This document shows, one piece after another, positions 20,644 through 30,086 of a stretch of 64,000 bases of DNA. Source of the DNA: an uncultured Holophagales bacterium (GTDB lineage: Bacteria > Acidobacteriota > Thermoanaerobaculia > Multivoradales > UBA5704); contig CAWJGT010000001.1 of the NCBI GenBank assembly GCA_963842525.1, positions 32,001 to 96,000 of the forward strand, in the 5' to 3' direction. Made by a program: the position numbers and the translations under genes. Within the stretch, counting starts at the first letter, position 1. Each line of letters starts with the position of its first letter. The notes beneath the pieces are model-generated. The model saw only the letters and a program-made list of their open reading frames with translations. It was not told the DNA's origin and made no database searches.

Positions 20644-21156
20644 TTGAGCACCAAGCTGTCCGTCGAGCAGTTCCTCGCGGAGCTGAAAGCGGAGGTCGAG
20701 CACCACCGCGCCCAGGAGGCGTTGCATGCTCAGCAGGAGGTCTTCCACCGCGAGCAGCGGGCCCTCCACGCCGAATCCCTCCAGGTCGCCCAGGAACGAC
20801 TCGCGGCTTTCGAGCAGGCCACGCTGGCGGCGAACGAGTTGGTCGAGCGCCGGCGCGAGGCCGCCAAGCCTCCCAAAGTGGACGAAGAGGCCGCGACCAG
20901 CCGGCTCACCACGATGACCGATTTCGTGGCGTACCTGATTCAGGGCAAGGCACCGGAAGAGACCTTTGGTCCAAGCAGTCTGGCGCGCGAGGTCGATCAA
21001 CGCTTCCGTACGCGGCTCAAAGCTCTTGTCGGTCCGCGCAACGTCTCCGCCGCCCTCCGCCGCTTTGCCACGGCCGGCCGCATCCACCTCATCCGCAAAG
21101 GCAAGGGTCCCATCGAGGCGCTCTACGCAAAAGCACGCAAGCCATCGCCTGCGTGA
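20644..21156 (+). CDS. coiled-coil plus winged-helix-like hypothetical protein
   Basis: AAGGAGG RBS then TTG; heptad-rich N-half; FGPSSLAREV...VSAALRRFATAGRIHLIRKG wHTH-like C-half. Confidence 0.7.
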   Translation: MSTKLSVEQFLAELKAEVEHHRAQEALHAQQEVFHREQRALHAESLQVAQERLAAFEQATLAANELVERRREAAKPPKVDEEAATSRLTTMTDFVAYLIQGKAPEETFGPSSLAREVDQRFRTRLKALVGPRNVSAALRRFATAGRIHLIRKGKGPIEALYAKARKPSPA

Positions 21157-21472
21157 CACCCCGGCTACCTGCCCGCCCCGGAAAATCAGAACCTCTGCTT
21201 TGCGGGAGAACGTGCCTCCGGGGTTCTGCCTGTCCTTGTTTTAAGACGCTCTTGGCATGTCCGGCATAGCGCTGCACCGGAAGTAGGTCTCTCTGGACAA
21301 ATCTGAGGTCGCCGGCATGCGAAATCCCCGGAGCCCCTTCAAAAAAGCGGGTCTTTTGCCTGCCGCCCTGCAATATTTCCGGCCTGTCCTCCAAAAGTCG
21401 CCTGAGCCTGGTAAAACGGCCTGAATCCCATCTATTGATCGTCTGCACGGGGGCTGACTACGATCCTCTTCG

Positions 21473-21874
21473 ATGGCGACCAGGAAGAGAAAAGACGAGA
21501 TCTTCAAGGATCTCAAGCTGTATTTTGGCAAGGCGCTGGCCCGGCTCCGCGGCAACAGATCGCAGGAGGCGCTGGCCAAGCTCGCCGGCATGGATTCGGG
21601 AACTCTGAGACGTTTGGAGAAGGGCGAGTCTCCTCTTCGACAGGATTATGTTTCGAACATCCTGCGGAGCCTGGAGGTCACACTCGTCGACCTCCTGAGA
21701 AGTGTCGCCGACTGCTACGAGGAGGCGGAGAGGGCTCCGTATCACGAGATGTCGCGGGACGAGCTGCTCCGCAGCCTGCGCAAGCTTCATGACGCCAGGG
21801 CCCGCTGGGAAAGGGAAGCCTCGGAGATCGATCTCGAGATCAAGCGCCGCCAGATCCCCGACGTCCAATCGTGA
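21473..21874 (+). CDS. XRE-family transcriptional regulator
   Basis: SQEALAKLAGMDSGTLRRLEKGE HTH. Confidence 0.85.
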   Translation: MATRKRKDEIFKDLKLYFGKALARLRGNRSQEALAKLAGMDSGTLRRLEKGESPLRQDYVSNILRSLEVTLVDLLRSVADCYEEAERAPYHEMSRDELLRSLRKLHDARARWEREASEIDLEIKRRQIPDVQS

Positions 21875-21926
21875 ATACCGTCAAATCTTCCTGATAAGAT
21901 CCCGGTCTACACCGGGAGGAAAAGCC

Positions 21927-22148
21927 ATGGGAGATCTGACGGGGCGGCTGCGCGCGGAGTTGGAAAGTTGGACCGAACGTCTCCCCTCGGCCTGGCAGCC
22001 GCTGTTCGCAGGCGTCGAGCTGGGCTTCGCCGCCCTGGCTCCGGCTTTTGCGCTCGGCGAGGACGACAGGATCTGGCCGCAGGAGACCAACGACGGCACG
22101 GTCACCGAAGCGCTCGGCGACTCCGGTCCGCCGATCCGCTGGACCTGA
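21927..22148 (+). pseudogene. short gene remnant (N-terminus loosely resembles uracil-DNA glycosylase-like proteins)
   Basis: GGAG RBS, LPSAWQPLF...IWP segment and then an abrupt end. Confidence 0.3.
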
Positions 22149-22157
22149 GGAGTCGAC

Positions 22158-23789
22158 ATGCTGCAGGGATCGGACCGTCCGCTGCTTCTCCGCGGCAAGA
22201 TCGTCCAGCCGGACGGCACGGCGCCGGACCGGTATGTGCTGGTGCGGGACGGCCGGATCGTCTCGATCAGCCGGCAGCGTCCGCCGTTGACGGAAGGCGT
22301 CCCCTACGTCAAGACGGAGAGCGAGGACTGGATCTTCCCCGGCCTGCTCGACCTCCACACCCATACGACCTACAACGCCCTGCCGCTCTGGCACTCCTGG
22401 CGCGCGCCCTTCGACAACCGTTTCGAATGGCGCGGCGATGCCGGCTACAAAAAGGAGGTCAGCGGCACCTCCCGAACCATCAATACCGAGGAGAACCGGA
22501 AGATCCTGGAGGTCTTCGCCGAGCTGCAGGCCGTGACGGGTGGCACCACGGTCCTCCAGGAGTCCCAGCGTCTCGACCAGGAGATCTCGGGCCAGCGGCT
22601 CCTGCTCTGCCGGGACACGGCAGATCCGGCGGAGCTGTTCCTGAACGAGAACGGCGTCATCCTCTCCGTGGTCGACTTCTTCCGCCCGGGCGACGACGGC
22701 CGGCCGGCTCCGGTCCAGAAGGTCCTCGACGAGTATGTCAAACACCGGAGTGAAGGCACGCTGCTGGCGACCCTGGCCCATCTGGCAGAGGGGCGTTCCG
22801 GCTACGGCACCCACCGCGGAGCAGACCCCTATTCACGACGGGAATTCGAGGCCTTCATGGCCCATCCGGCCTTCGCCGATGCCGAGGCCGTCCGTTCGAG
22901 CCCGTTGACCCTCATTCATGGCTGTGGGATCGACACGCGCAATCCGCAGCACCTCGACTTCCTGCGGGAGCGCAATATTTCGATCGTCTGGTCGCCGGTC
23001 TCCAACCTTTTGCTCTACGGCGATACGCTGGACGCCGAAACGCTCCTCGCGAAGGGGATCAACGTGGCGCTCGGCTCGGACTGGAGCCCCAGCGGCTCGA
23101 AGCACGTCTGGGAGGAGGCCAAGTTTGCCCGCTTCTACCTCGACGCCATCGGCGCCCAGGTCAGCGACCAGCAGATCTTCCAGATGGTGACCCGCAATGC
23201 CGGCCGTTGCCTGGCGCTGCCCTCCTTCGGCTGCATCGAGCTCGGCGCACCAGGCGACTTCTTCATCCTGCGCAGCCCGCTGGAGACCGACGATCCCATG
23301 GAGGTCTTCCTGGCGACCACCGACCGGCACGTCCGGGCGACGATCCTCGGCGGCCGGCCGCTCTACGGCGCCCGCGAGTTCCTGGAACAGTTCGAGGTGG
23401 ATCTGCAGGGTCTGCCGCCGGAGGAGGGCTCGGCGGTGAAGGACAAAGCGGTCCACCTGCCGGCGGCCCTGGGAGTGGACGTTGCCCGGGACGTCAAGCG
23501 GATCGAGGACGCGCTGAAGGCCCTGACGCCGCCGGTCAAGCGGAGCAACCTGCTCGCCAGCTCGGACGCCGGAGGCCGTCCAGGTCTGGCGCGGTTTTCG
23601 TGCGGCGGGACTCGATGCCGGCAGCTTCCGTCGCGCCCTCGGCGAGGTGCTTCTTCCTGCCGCGGTGCAGACACAGGCGCCTCTCGGGCTGGCCGCGTGC
23701 CTGACCGCCGTGCTGCCCGACGACCGGCCGGCGCACGTACCGGACGAGGTGGCCCTGCTCGTCTACGAATCGCGAGAGGCCTGGGATAA
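22158..23789 (+). CDS. amidohydrolase-family (deaminase-like) protein; C-terminus frameshifted or fused near 23570
   Basis: PGLLDLHTH, HLAEG, LIHG, ALGSDW metal-binding motifs. Confidence 0.85.
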   Translation: MLQGSDRPLLLRGKIVQPDGTAPDRYVLVRDGRIVSISRQRPPLTEGVPYVKTESEDWIFPGLLDLHTHTTYNALPLWHSWRAPFDNRFEWRGDAGYKKEVSGTSRTINTEENRKILEVFAELQAVTGGTTVLQESQRLDQEISGQRLLLCRDTADPAELFLNENGVILSVVDFFRPGDDGRPAPVQKVLDEYVKHRSEGTLLATLAHLAEGRSGYGTHRGADPYSRREFEAFMAHPAFADAEAVRSSPLTLIHGCGIDTRNPQHLDFLRERNISIVWSPVSNLLLYGDTLDAETLLAKGINVALGSDWSPSGSKHVWEEAKFARFYLDAIGAQVSDQQIFQMVTRNAGRCLALPSFGCIELGAPGDFFILRSPLETDDPMEVFLATTDRHVRATILGGRPLYGAREFLEQFEVDLQGLPPEEGSAVKDKAVHLPAALGVDVARDVKRIEDALKALTPPVKRSNLLASSDAGGRPGLARFSCGGTRCRQLPSRPRRGASSCRGADTGASRAGRVPDRRAARRPAGARTGRGGPARLRIARGLG

Positions 23790-24303
23790 AACGGACCAGA
23801 CCACCGCGGGACGGCTCTGGCCCCGGCTGCGGGGCGCGCACTTCGGACCAGCCAGCCAGAGCGGCTTCGCGGAGAGGCTCGACGGAGCCCTGGAGCCGGA
23901 CCGCCCGTGCTTCCTCTTTACCGACGAGGCGGACTGGCTGCACGGGCTGACGAAGGTCCTGGTGGCGACGACCGCTTCCGGGCAGACGGGAGAAGCCTTT
24001 CGTGCCGCCGTCCAGAGCGCCCTCGCGGCGCTGCAAGGAAATCGTCCTGCGGGTCTCGACGGCGCCATTGCCGTGGTTTCCGCGGACGGCGTCCTTATCT
24101 ATTGGGAGCACTGGACCGACGCAGCATCAGCAGGCAACAGCCGGATCGCAAGCCTGGCGGCGCTCGGCACGCCGGTGCTCCTCGCCAATGCTGTCCCCAC
24201 CAAGGTGGCGGCCCATCCGGCGGAGCTCCATCCAGGCCTCGAAATCAAGGGAGGGGAGTGCCTGAGCCTTCGCTTCGAACGGCGGAGGCTGTACCTCTAT
24301 TGA
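23566..24303 (+). CDS. hypothetical domain (downstream frame, no clear start)
   Basis: Open frame TPEAVQVWRGF...PDEVALLVYES...RLYLY* begins inside the amidohydrolase tail. Confidence 0.5.
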   Translation, partial: TPEAVQVWRGFRAAGLDAGSFRRALGEVLLPAAVQTQAPLGLAACLTAVLPDDRPAHVPDEVALLVYESREAWDKTDQTTAGRLWPRLRGAHFGPASQSGFAERLDGALEPDRPCFLFTDEADWLHGLTKVLVATTASGQTGEAFRAAVQSALAALQGNRPAGLDGAIAVVSADGVLIYWEHWTDAASAGNSRIASLAALGTPVLLANAVPTKVAAHPAELHPGLEIKGGECLSLRFERRRLYLY

Positions 24304-24336
24304 AAGACGTCAGCTATTCCCGGACGCAGCTCAGGG

Positions 24337-26046
24337 TTACACGAACAGCGGCACGACCTCGAACCGTTCGACGTCCACCAAACCCACGTCGGTCAGCTTG
24401 AGCTTGGGGATCACTTCGAGGGCGAGGAAGCTCATGGCCATGAAGGGGTCGCGGAGGTGCGCGCCGAGGCCGTGGGCGGCTTCGAGGAGAGCTTTCATGC
24501 CGTCCCGCACTTCTTCGATCGGCCGGTCGGACATCAACCCGGCGAGCGGGAGAGGCAGGACGGAGAGCACGGACTCACCTTCGGCCGCTGCCAGCCCGCC
24601 GCCGGTCCGCGCCACCGCCAGGGCGGCTGTGCGCATCGAGGTGTCATCGGCGCCGATCACCACCAGGTTGTGGTGGTCGTGGGCCACCGTGCTCGCGATC
24701 GCTCCACGCCGCAGGCCGACGCCGTGGACGAAGCCGAGCCCGGCCTGGCCGCTGCCGCGGTGCCGCTCGACCACGGCCATCTTGAGGAGGTCCCGGCCGG
24801 GATCGGCCGCGGCCTGGCCGTCGCGCACGGCCGTTTCCATCACCAGCGCCTCGGTCAGGAGCTGGTCGGGGATGGCGCCGATCACCCGCACGTTCCGTCC
24901 CTCGGCCCGGATCGCGAAGTGGAGCCGCTCGGGGTCGATATGGACCGTGGCCGGGAGGCTGGCGCTGTAGGAGTGCCCGTGGTGGTCGTGGATCAGCCGG
25001 CCGTCGCGTGCCACCAGGGCGCCTTGGCGGACGACCATCTCGGCCTGGGGTGCGGTCAGGTCGGAGAAGACCACCAGGTCGGCGCGCCGGCCCGGGGCCA
25101 CGGCGCCGCGGTCGCGCAGGCCGTAGTGCTCGGCCGGGTTGAGCGTCCCCATCCGGATGGCGACCACGGGGTCGATTCCTTCGGCAATGGCCATCCGGAT
25201 CAGGTGGTCGATCGATCCCTCTTCCAGGAGGTCGGCCGGTTGCCGGTCGTCGGTGCACAGGCAGAGCCGCCGCTCGTTCGCCGGCGTGACGAGGGGCAGC
25301 AGCGTCCGCAGGTTGCGGGCGTTGGTGGCTTCCCGCAGGAAGATCGTCAGGCCGGCGCGAAGCTTCTCCCGGGCCTCCTCGACGGACGTGCATTCGTGAT
25401 CGTTGCCGATGCCGGCTGCCGCATAGGCGTTCAGGAGATGCCCCGAGAGGCCGGGGCAGTGACCGTCGATCGGCCGGCCGCGGAAGGCGCGGAGCTTGGC
25501 GAGCACCTCCTCGCTGCCGGCGATCACCCCGGGAAAGTTCATCACCTCGGCGAGGCCCAGGACCCGCGGATGGCCGAGCAGCGTGGCGAGGTCGTCCGCC
25601 TCCAGCCGTGCGCCCGAGGTCTCCAGGTGGGTGGCCGGCACGCAGGACGGGGCGTTGACGAGCACGTCGAGCGGCGCCCCCTCGGCATCGTCGAGCATGA
25701 AGTGGATGCCGGGGAGCCCCAGCACGTTGCCGATCTCGTGCGGGTCCGTGATCACGGTGGTCACCCCGCGCGGCACCACGGCGCGGGCGAATTCGGCCGG
25801 CGGCACCATGGAGCTCTCGATGTGGACGTGGGCGTCGAGGAAGCCGGGAGCGACGAAGCAGCCGTCCAGGTCGAGGACCTGCCGCGCCTCGTAGCCTTCT
25901 CCCAGGCCGGCGATCAATCCGACCGCGACAGCGATGTCCGTCCTATGGATCTCACCGGAGAGCACGTTGACGAGCCGGCCGCCGCGCAGCAGCAGGTCCG
26001 CGGGCTGATCGCCGCGGGCGACGGCGAGGAGATGGGGAAGGTCCAT
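24337..26046 (-). CDS. ade: adenine deaminase
   Basis: PGFLDAHVHIESSM, DPHEIGNV, LAEVMNFPGV, TDDR, AHDHHN motifs. Confidence 0.95.
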   Translation of the reverse strand: MDLPHLLAVARGDQPADLLLRGGRLVNVLSGEIHRTDIAVAVGLIAGLGEGYEARQVLDLDGCFVAPGFLDAHVHIESSMVPPAEFARAVVPRGVTTVITDPHEIGNVLGLPGIHFMLDDAEGAPLDVLVNAPSCVPATHLETSGARLEADDLATLLGHPRVLGLAEVMNFPGVIAGSEEVLAKLRAFRGRPIDGHCPGLSGHLLNAYAAAGIGNDHECTSVEEAREKLRAGLTIFLREATNARNLRTLLPLVTPANERRLCLCTDDRQPADLLEEGSIDHLIRMAIAEGIDPVVAIRMGTLNPAEHYGLRDRGAVAPGRRADLVVFSDLTAPQAEMVVRQGALVARDGRLIHDHHGHSYSASLPATVHIDPERLHFAIRAEGRNVRVIGAIPDQLLTEALVMETAVRDGQAAADPGRDLLKMAVVERHRGSGQAGLGFVHGVGLRRGAIASTVAHDHHNLVVIGADDTSMRTAALAVARTGGGLAAAEGESVLSVLPLPLAGLMSDRPIEEVRDGMKALLEAAHGLGAHLRDPFMAMSFLALEVIPKLKLTDVGLVDVERFEVVPLFV

Positions 26047-26088
26047 GGGGGGAGGATATCGCTCCTCCCCCCGATCCGGGAGTGTGGG

Positions 26089-26292
26089 CTAGGTGGCCCA
26101 GCCTTCGCGCGGCGCCTTGGGCATCACGAGCCAGAGGATGAGATAGACCACGATGCCCGGGAAGCCGGCCGAAAGGACCGAGACCAGCACATAAACGACG
26201 CGCATCGCGGTGGGGCTCCAGCCGAGCCAGTCGGCCAGGCCGCCGCAGACTCCGGCGATGATCTTGTGGTGTCGAGAGCGATACAGAGCCAT
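26089..26292 (-). CDS. PspC domain-containing protein
   Basis: LYRSRHHKIIAGVCGGLADW...YLILWLVMP. Confidence 0.9.
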   Translation of the reverse strand: MALYRSRHHKIIAGVCGGLADWLGWSPTAMRVVYVLVSVLSAGFPGIVVYLILWLVMPKAPREGWAT

Positions 26293-26374
26293 CGTGTCCT
26301 CCTCTTCGAACCGGCTGGGCCGGCCCACCCTTCCCTACGACGGTGGGCCGGCAGGGTTTCGCCCGGCGAGCGCC

Positions 26375-27974
26375 TCAGGCCTCGCCGGTGGAGTCGACTG
26401 CAAGCTCCTGGCCGGCCCCGTGCCGCGCAGCCACCACCGCGGCGGTCATCAGGCCGCAGGTTGCTGCAAAGATGAGCAGGCCGGCCAGGGTGATCCATCC
26501 CGCATTGTCCTCCGGCCGGGCTAGGGTAATCAACGGCGTCCACATGTCAAACACCGCCCCAGGGTTGTCCTTCAACAGCTTGAGAGCATCCAGGAAGGCG
26601 AGGAGCAGCGCGGCGAAGGCGAACCCCACCGTGCCGCCGGTGAGGCCGCGGGCCACGAGCTGGCCGCGGGTCAGCGGCTCGCGGATCCTCGGCGGCTCGA
26701 TCTTGAACTCGACCTCGCGGGCGTTCCACGGCACGAAGCGGGCAAGCATGATCATCCCCGGGATGCCGAGTGGGAGCGTCGCCCAGAAAAACGGCGCCCA
26801 GCCCACCGCATAGGCCGCATACCCGGCGATCGGTCCGGAAAGGATGCGCGGCAGTCCGAAGAGGCTGGAGAACAGGGCGTACTGGGTCGCCGAGAAGCGC
26901 TTCTGGGTCATGCGCAGAAGGAGCACGCTGAAGGCGCCGCTGCCCAGGCCGGAGCAGAGCTGCTCGAAGGTGAAGGCGGCCCACATGAGCGGCCGGTTGA
27001 GCTCCGTCTGCTGCGCGAGGAGGGCGTAGCCGGCGTTCGAGAAGATCTGGAAGAAGCCGAAGATCCAGAGCGCACGCCCCAGTCCGAGCGGCGCCGTCAA
27101 GAGCCCTCCGATCAGCGTGCCGATGATGTTGCCCCACAGGCCGAGGGTCCCGACGACGAAGCCGCGGTCGAAGCTCGTTGTACCCCATGTCGTTGAGAAA
27201 GGGGCGCTGTAGCGCCTGCACCAGGTTGTCCGCCAGCTTGTAGAGCACGACGAAGGCGAGGATCTCCAGGGCCCGGTGGCGGGCGAGGAAGCCGAGGAAC
27301 GGATTCCAGACCGCCTCCTTGAGCGTCCTCGGCGCGGCCCCTACAGCAGCCGGCTCCGGGGCTTTCCACACCACCAGGATCATGGGCAGATAGAGGCAGG
27401 CCAGGAGGACGTTGACCACGGGCCAGCCCCACATGCCGGCGAACGTGATGGAGAGGCTGCCCGCGAGGAAGTAGCCGATGCGCCAGAGGAAGTTGCGCGC
27501 ACCCACCGCGACCGGCTGCTCCTCCTTGTGCAGCACGTCGACCGCATAGGCGTCGATGGCAACGTCCTGCGTGGCGCCCGCAAAGGCGATCGCCAGGGTC
27601 ATGGCCAGGACCACCCAGGGGGTGTCCGGATGGTTGCCGACGCCGGCCAGGGCGAACATCGCGATGAAGAGGCCGATCTGGGCGATCATCGCCCACCCGC
27701 GCCGCCGGCCGAGCTTCGGCGGCACGAAGCGGTCCATCAACGGCGACCAGGCGAACTTGAACGTCCACGGGATCTGCGCCAGGGTGAACAGTCCCACGAT
27801 CCGGATGTCCACCCCGATGTCGCGCATCCAGTCGGGGATGGCGATCCATGCCAGCCCCAGGGGCATGCCCGAGGCAAAGGACATCAGGACCACGGACCAG
27901 GTGCGCCAGGAGGTGAACGCCCAGGCGAGGCTCTGGAGGGTGGTGGGCTTCTTGGGCTTGACCGGTTCGCTCAA
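26375..27974 (-). CDS. ampG: AmpG-family muropeptide MFS permease (frameshift near 27170)
   Basis: FASGMPLG, PWTFKFAWSPLMDR, LGRRRGW, ATQDVAIDAY, SATQYALFSSL. Confidence 0.9.
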
Positions 27975-27996
27975 TGGGATCTCCCGTGCATCCCCA

Positions 27997-29734
27997 TCAC
28001 AGCGCCTCCACGCGCGCCCGCAGCCGGACGAGTCCCTCGTGGACCTGTTGGAGCTCGCTGTGGACATCGTTCAGCTTGTCGCGCTCGGCGCGGACGAAGC
28101 GGGTATAGGGGCCGATCGCCTCGTCGATCCGCCGCAGGCTGCTCTCGATCTCGCGGTCGAACTGGCTGGTCAGACCGGTCATGAGCTGCACGCGCAAGAG
28201 TCTCGATCTTCTGCCGCAGCTCCTTCTTGGCGTCGTGGCGGCGGTTGGGGATGATGAAGAAGCCGAGCACCGCGATCGTGCCCGCGGCGAGGATGCCGGT
28301 GACGTCGGCCGCGGCCGTCACTGCGATGTGGGTGAGGACGGCGCCGAGACCGATCGCCCCGACTTCCACCAGCGCCGTGCCCGCCACCGCCACCTGGACC
28401 GACTCGGCCAGCCGGTTCGCCTCGGCCTCCTTGTCGTAGCTCGCCACCGACTTCTGGGCCTCCCGCCCGGCGCTGTCGAGCAGGCGGGTGCGGCTGTAGT
28501 CGAAGCTCCGCCCGACCTGCCCGACGATGCGGTCGGCGTGCTCGTGCCGGCGCTTCTGGAGGTGGTCCATGACCGCCTGCCATTGCCGCAGGTCCGCGGC
28601 GACCATCCAGTCGATCACCTCCGACACCCGCCGCTCGATGAGCTGCGGCGCGTCGCCCACGACCTTCTGCTCGAAGTCCGCCTTCATCTTGGACTTGTTG
28701 AGCAGGTCGAGGAAGCGCGCGAGGCGCATGGTCTCGTCGAAGAAGGCCTCGCCGCGGTTCTCGAACTCGTGGAGGACGTTGTCCACGTCCGAGAGCCGGA
28801 AGCGGAACTCCCGCTTCATGTCCTCTTTATAGAGGGCGAGCTGGCGCTCGATGTCCTCCAGGGTGGTGAAGTCTTCCTTGAGGAGGTCGAGCCGGCCGTT
28901 CGGTTATCTGCAGGTACTTGCCCGACAGGTGGGCGGCCACGCCGAGCGGGTTCATGAGCTTGAGCCGCACCCGTTCCTTTTCGTCCAGGGTCTCGACGAG
29001 GTAGTGCTCCAGCTCCTCGAACCGGCTGCTGGCGAGGAGGGCCGCGTCGCCGTTAGTCTTGGCGCGCAGGGCCAGCCGGGCGGCCACGGGGAAGATCTGC
29101 GGGTGTGAAGCCCAGGAGGGCCTGGGCGTTGTCGGCGATGAAGGCGCGGATCCGCTCGACGTCCTGCGGGTCCTCCAGGATGTCGATCTTGTTGAGGACG
29201 ACCACGATCTTCTTGCCCCACTCGCGGATGCCCTGGAGGAAGGCGCGCTCGCTCTCGGTGAACGGGCGGTCGGCCGAGGTGACGAAGAGCACCATGTCCG
29301 AGCGGGGGACGAACTCGCGGGTGATCGCCTCGTGCTCGCGGTGGATGGCGTTGGTGCCCGGAGTGTCGACGATGTTGATGTCCTGGAGGAGGTCGACCGG
29401 CGCGGTGACGCCGGTCGAGGGCCGGCTCGAGGGTTTCGCGGGTGACCTCGGGGCCGTGCTGGATGAGGTGGATGCGGGTGGTGGTCGGGGTGACCCCCTC
29501 TTCGAGGACCTTGCTGCCGAACAGGGCGTTGATGAAGGCGCTCTTGCCGGCGTTGAACTCGCCGGCGATGACGAGGAGGAAGAGCTCGTCGAGCTGCCGG
29601 GCGGACCCCTGGAGGGTCTCCTGGTCCTCGGCCGAGGCGTCGAACCGCGCCAATGCCTGCCGGAGAGCTGCCACCAGCCGGCGGTTCTCGGCCAGCAGCT
29701 CCTCTTCCTTCTTTTTGAGGATCCTCCGCAGCAT
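27997..29734 (-). CDS. dynamin-like GTPase (several frameshifts)
   Basis: GEFNAGKS, GVTPTT, DTPG, NKID GTPase motifs; C-terminal TM hairpin GILAAGTIAVLGFFIIP. Confidence 0.85.
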
Positions 29735-29862
29735 CGGTCCCCCCACCCGGGGGACGATAGCACGGGGTGTGCCAGGGGGCGGGTGGATGCCTGGGCGAGG
29801 GTAAAGAAGGGGTGAAGAGATCAGCGCACCATCATGCCCGTCGGAGACCCGCCCGGCGACGC

Positions 29863-29969
29863 CCCGCCCGGCGATGAATCGCCGGGCTAGCAACAGCGCC
29901 CCATGAATGGGGCTTGAAGCCGGGTTCACCCGGCGCTGTTCCTAGCCCGGGCATTCATGCCCGGGTGGG
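29863..29969. repeat. REP/BIME-like compound palindrome
   Basis: Four hairpins (GCCCGGCGATGAATCGCCGGGC, GCCCCATGAATGGGGC, GCCGGGTTCACCCGGC, CCCGGGCATTCATGCCCGGG) arranged as a larger inverted pair. Confidence 0.75.
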
Positions 29970-30086
29970 GAGGCCGCGCCAGCCCACCCTCGAAACCTCT
30001 CCTCCGTCGCCACGTATTCACGGCCGGCGTTTTCCCTGGGCGCGATAGGATCTCTCTGCTCTGCTCTTTTCAAGGAGGCTGACTGC

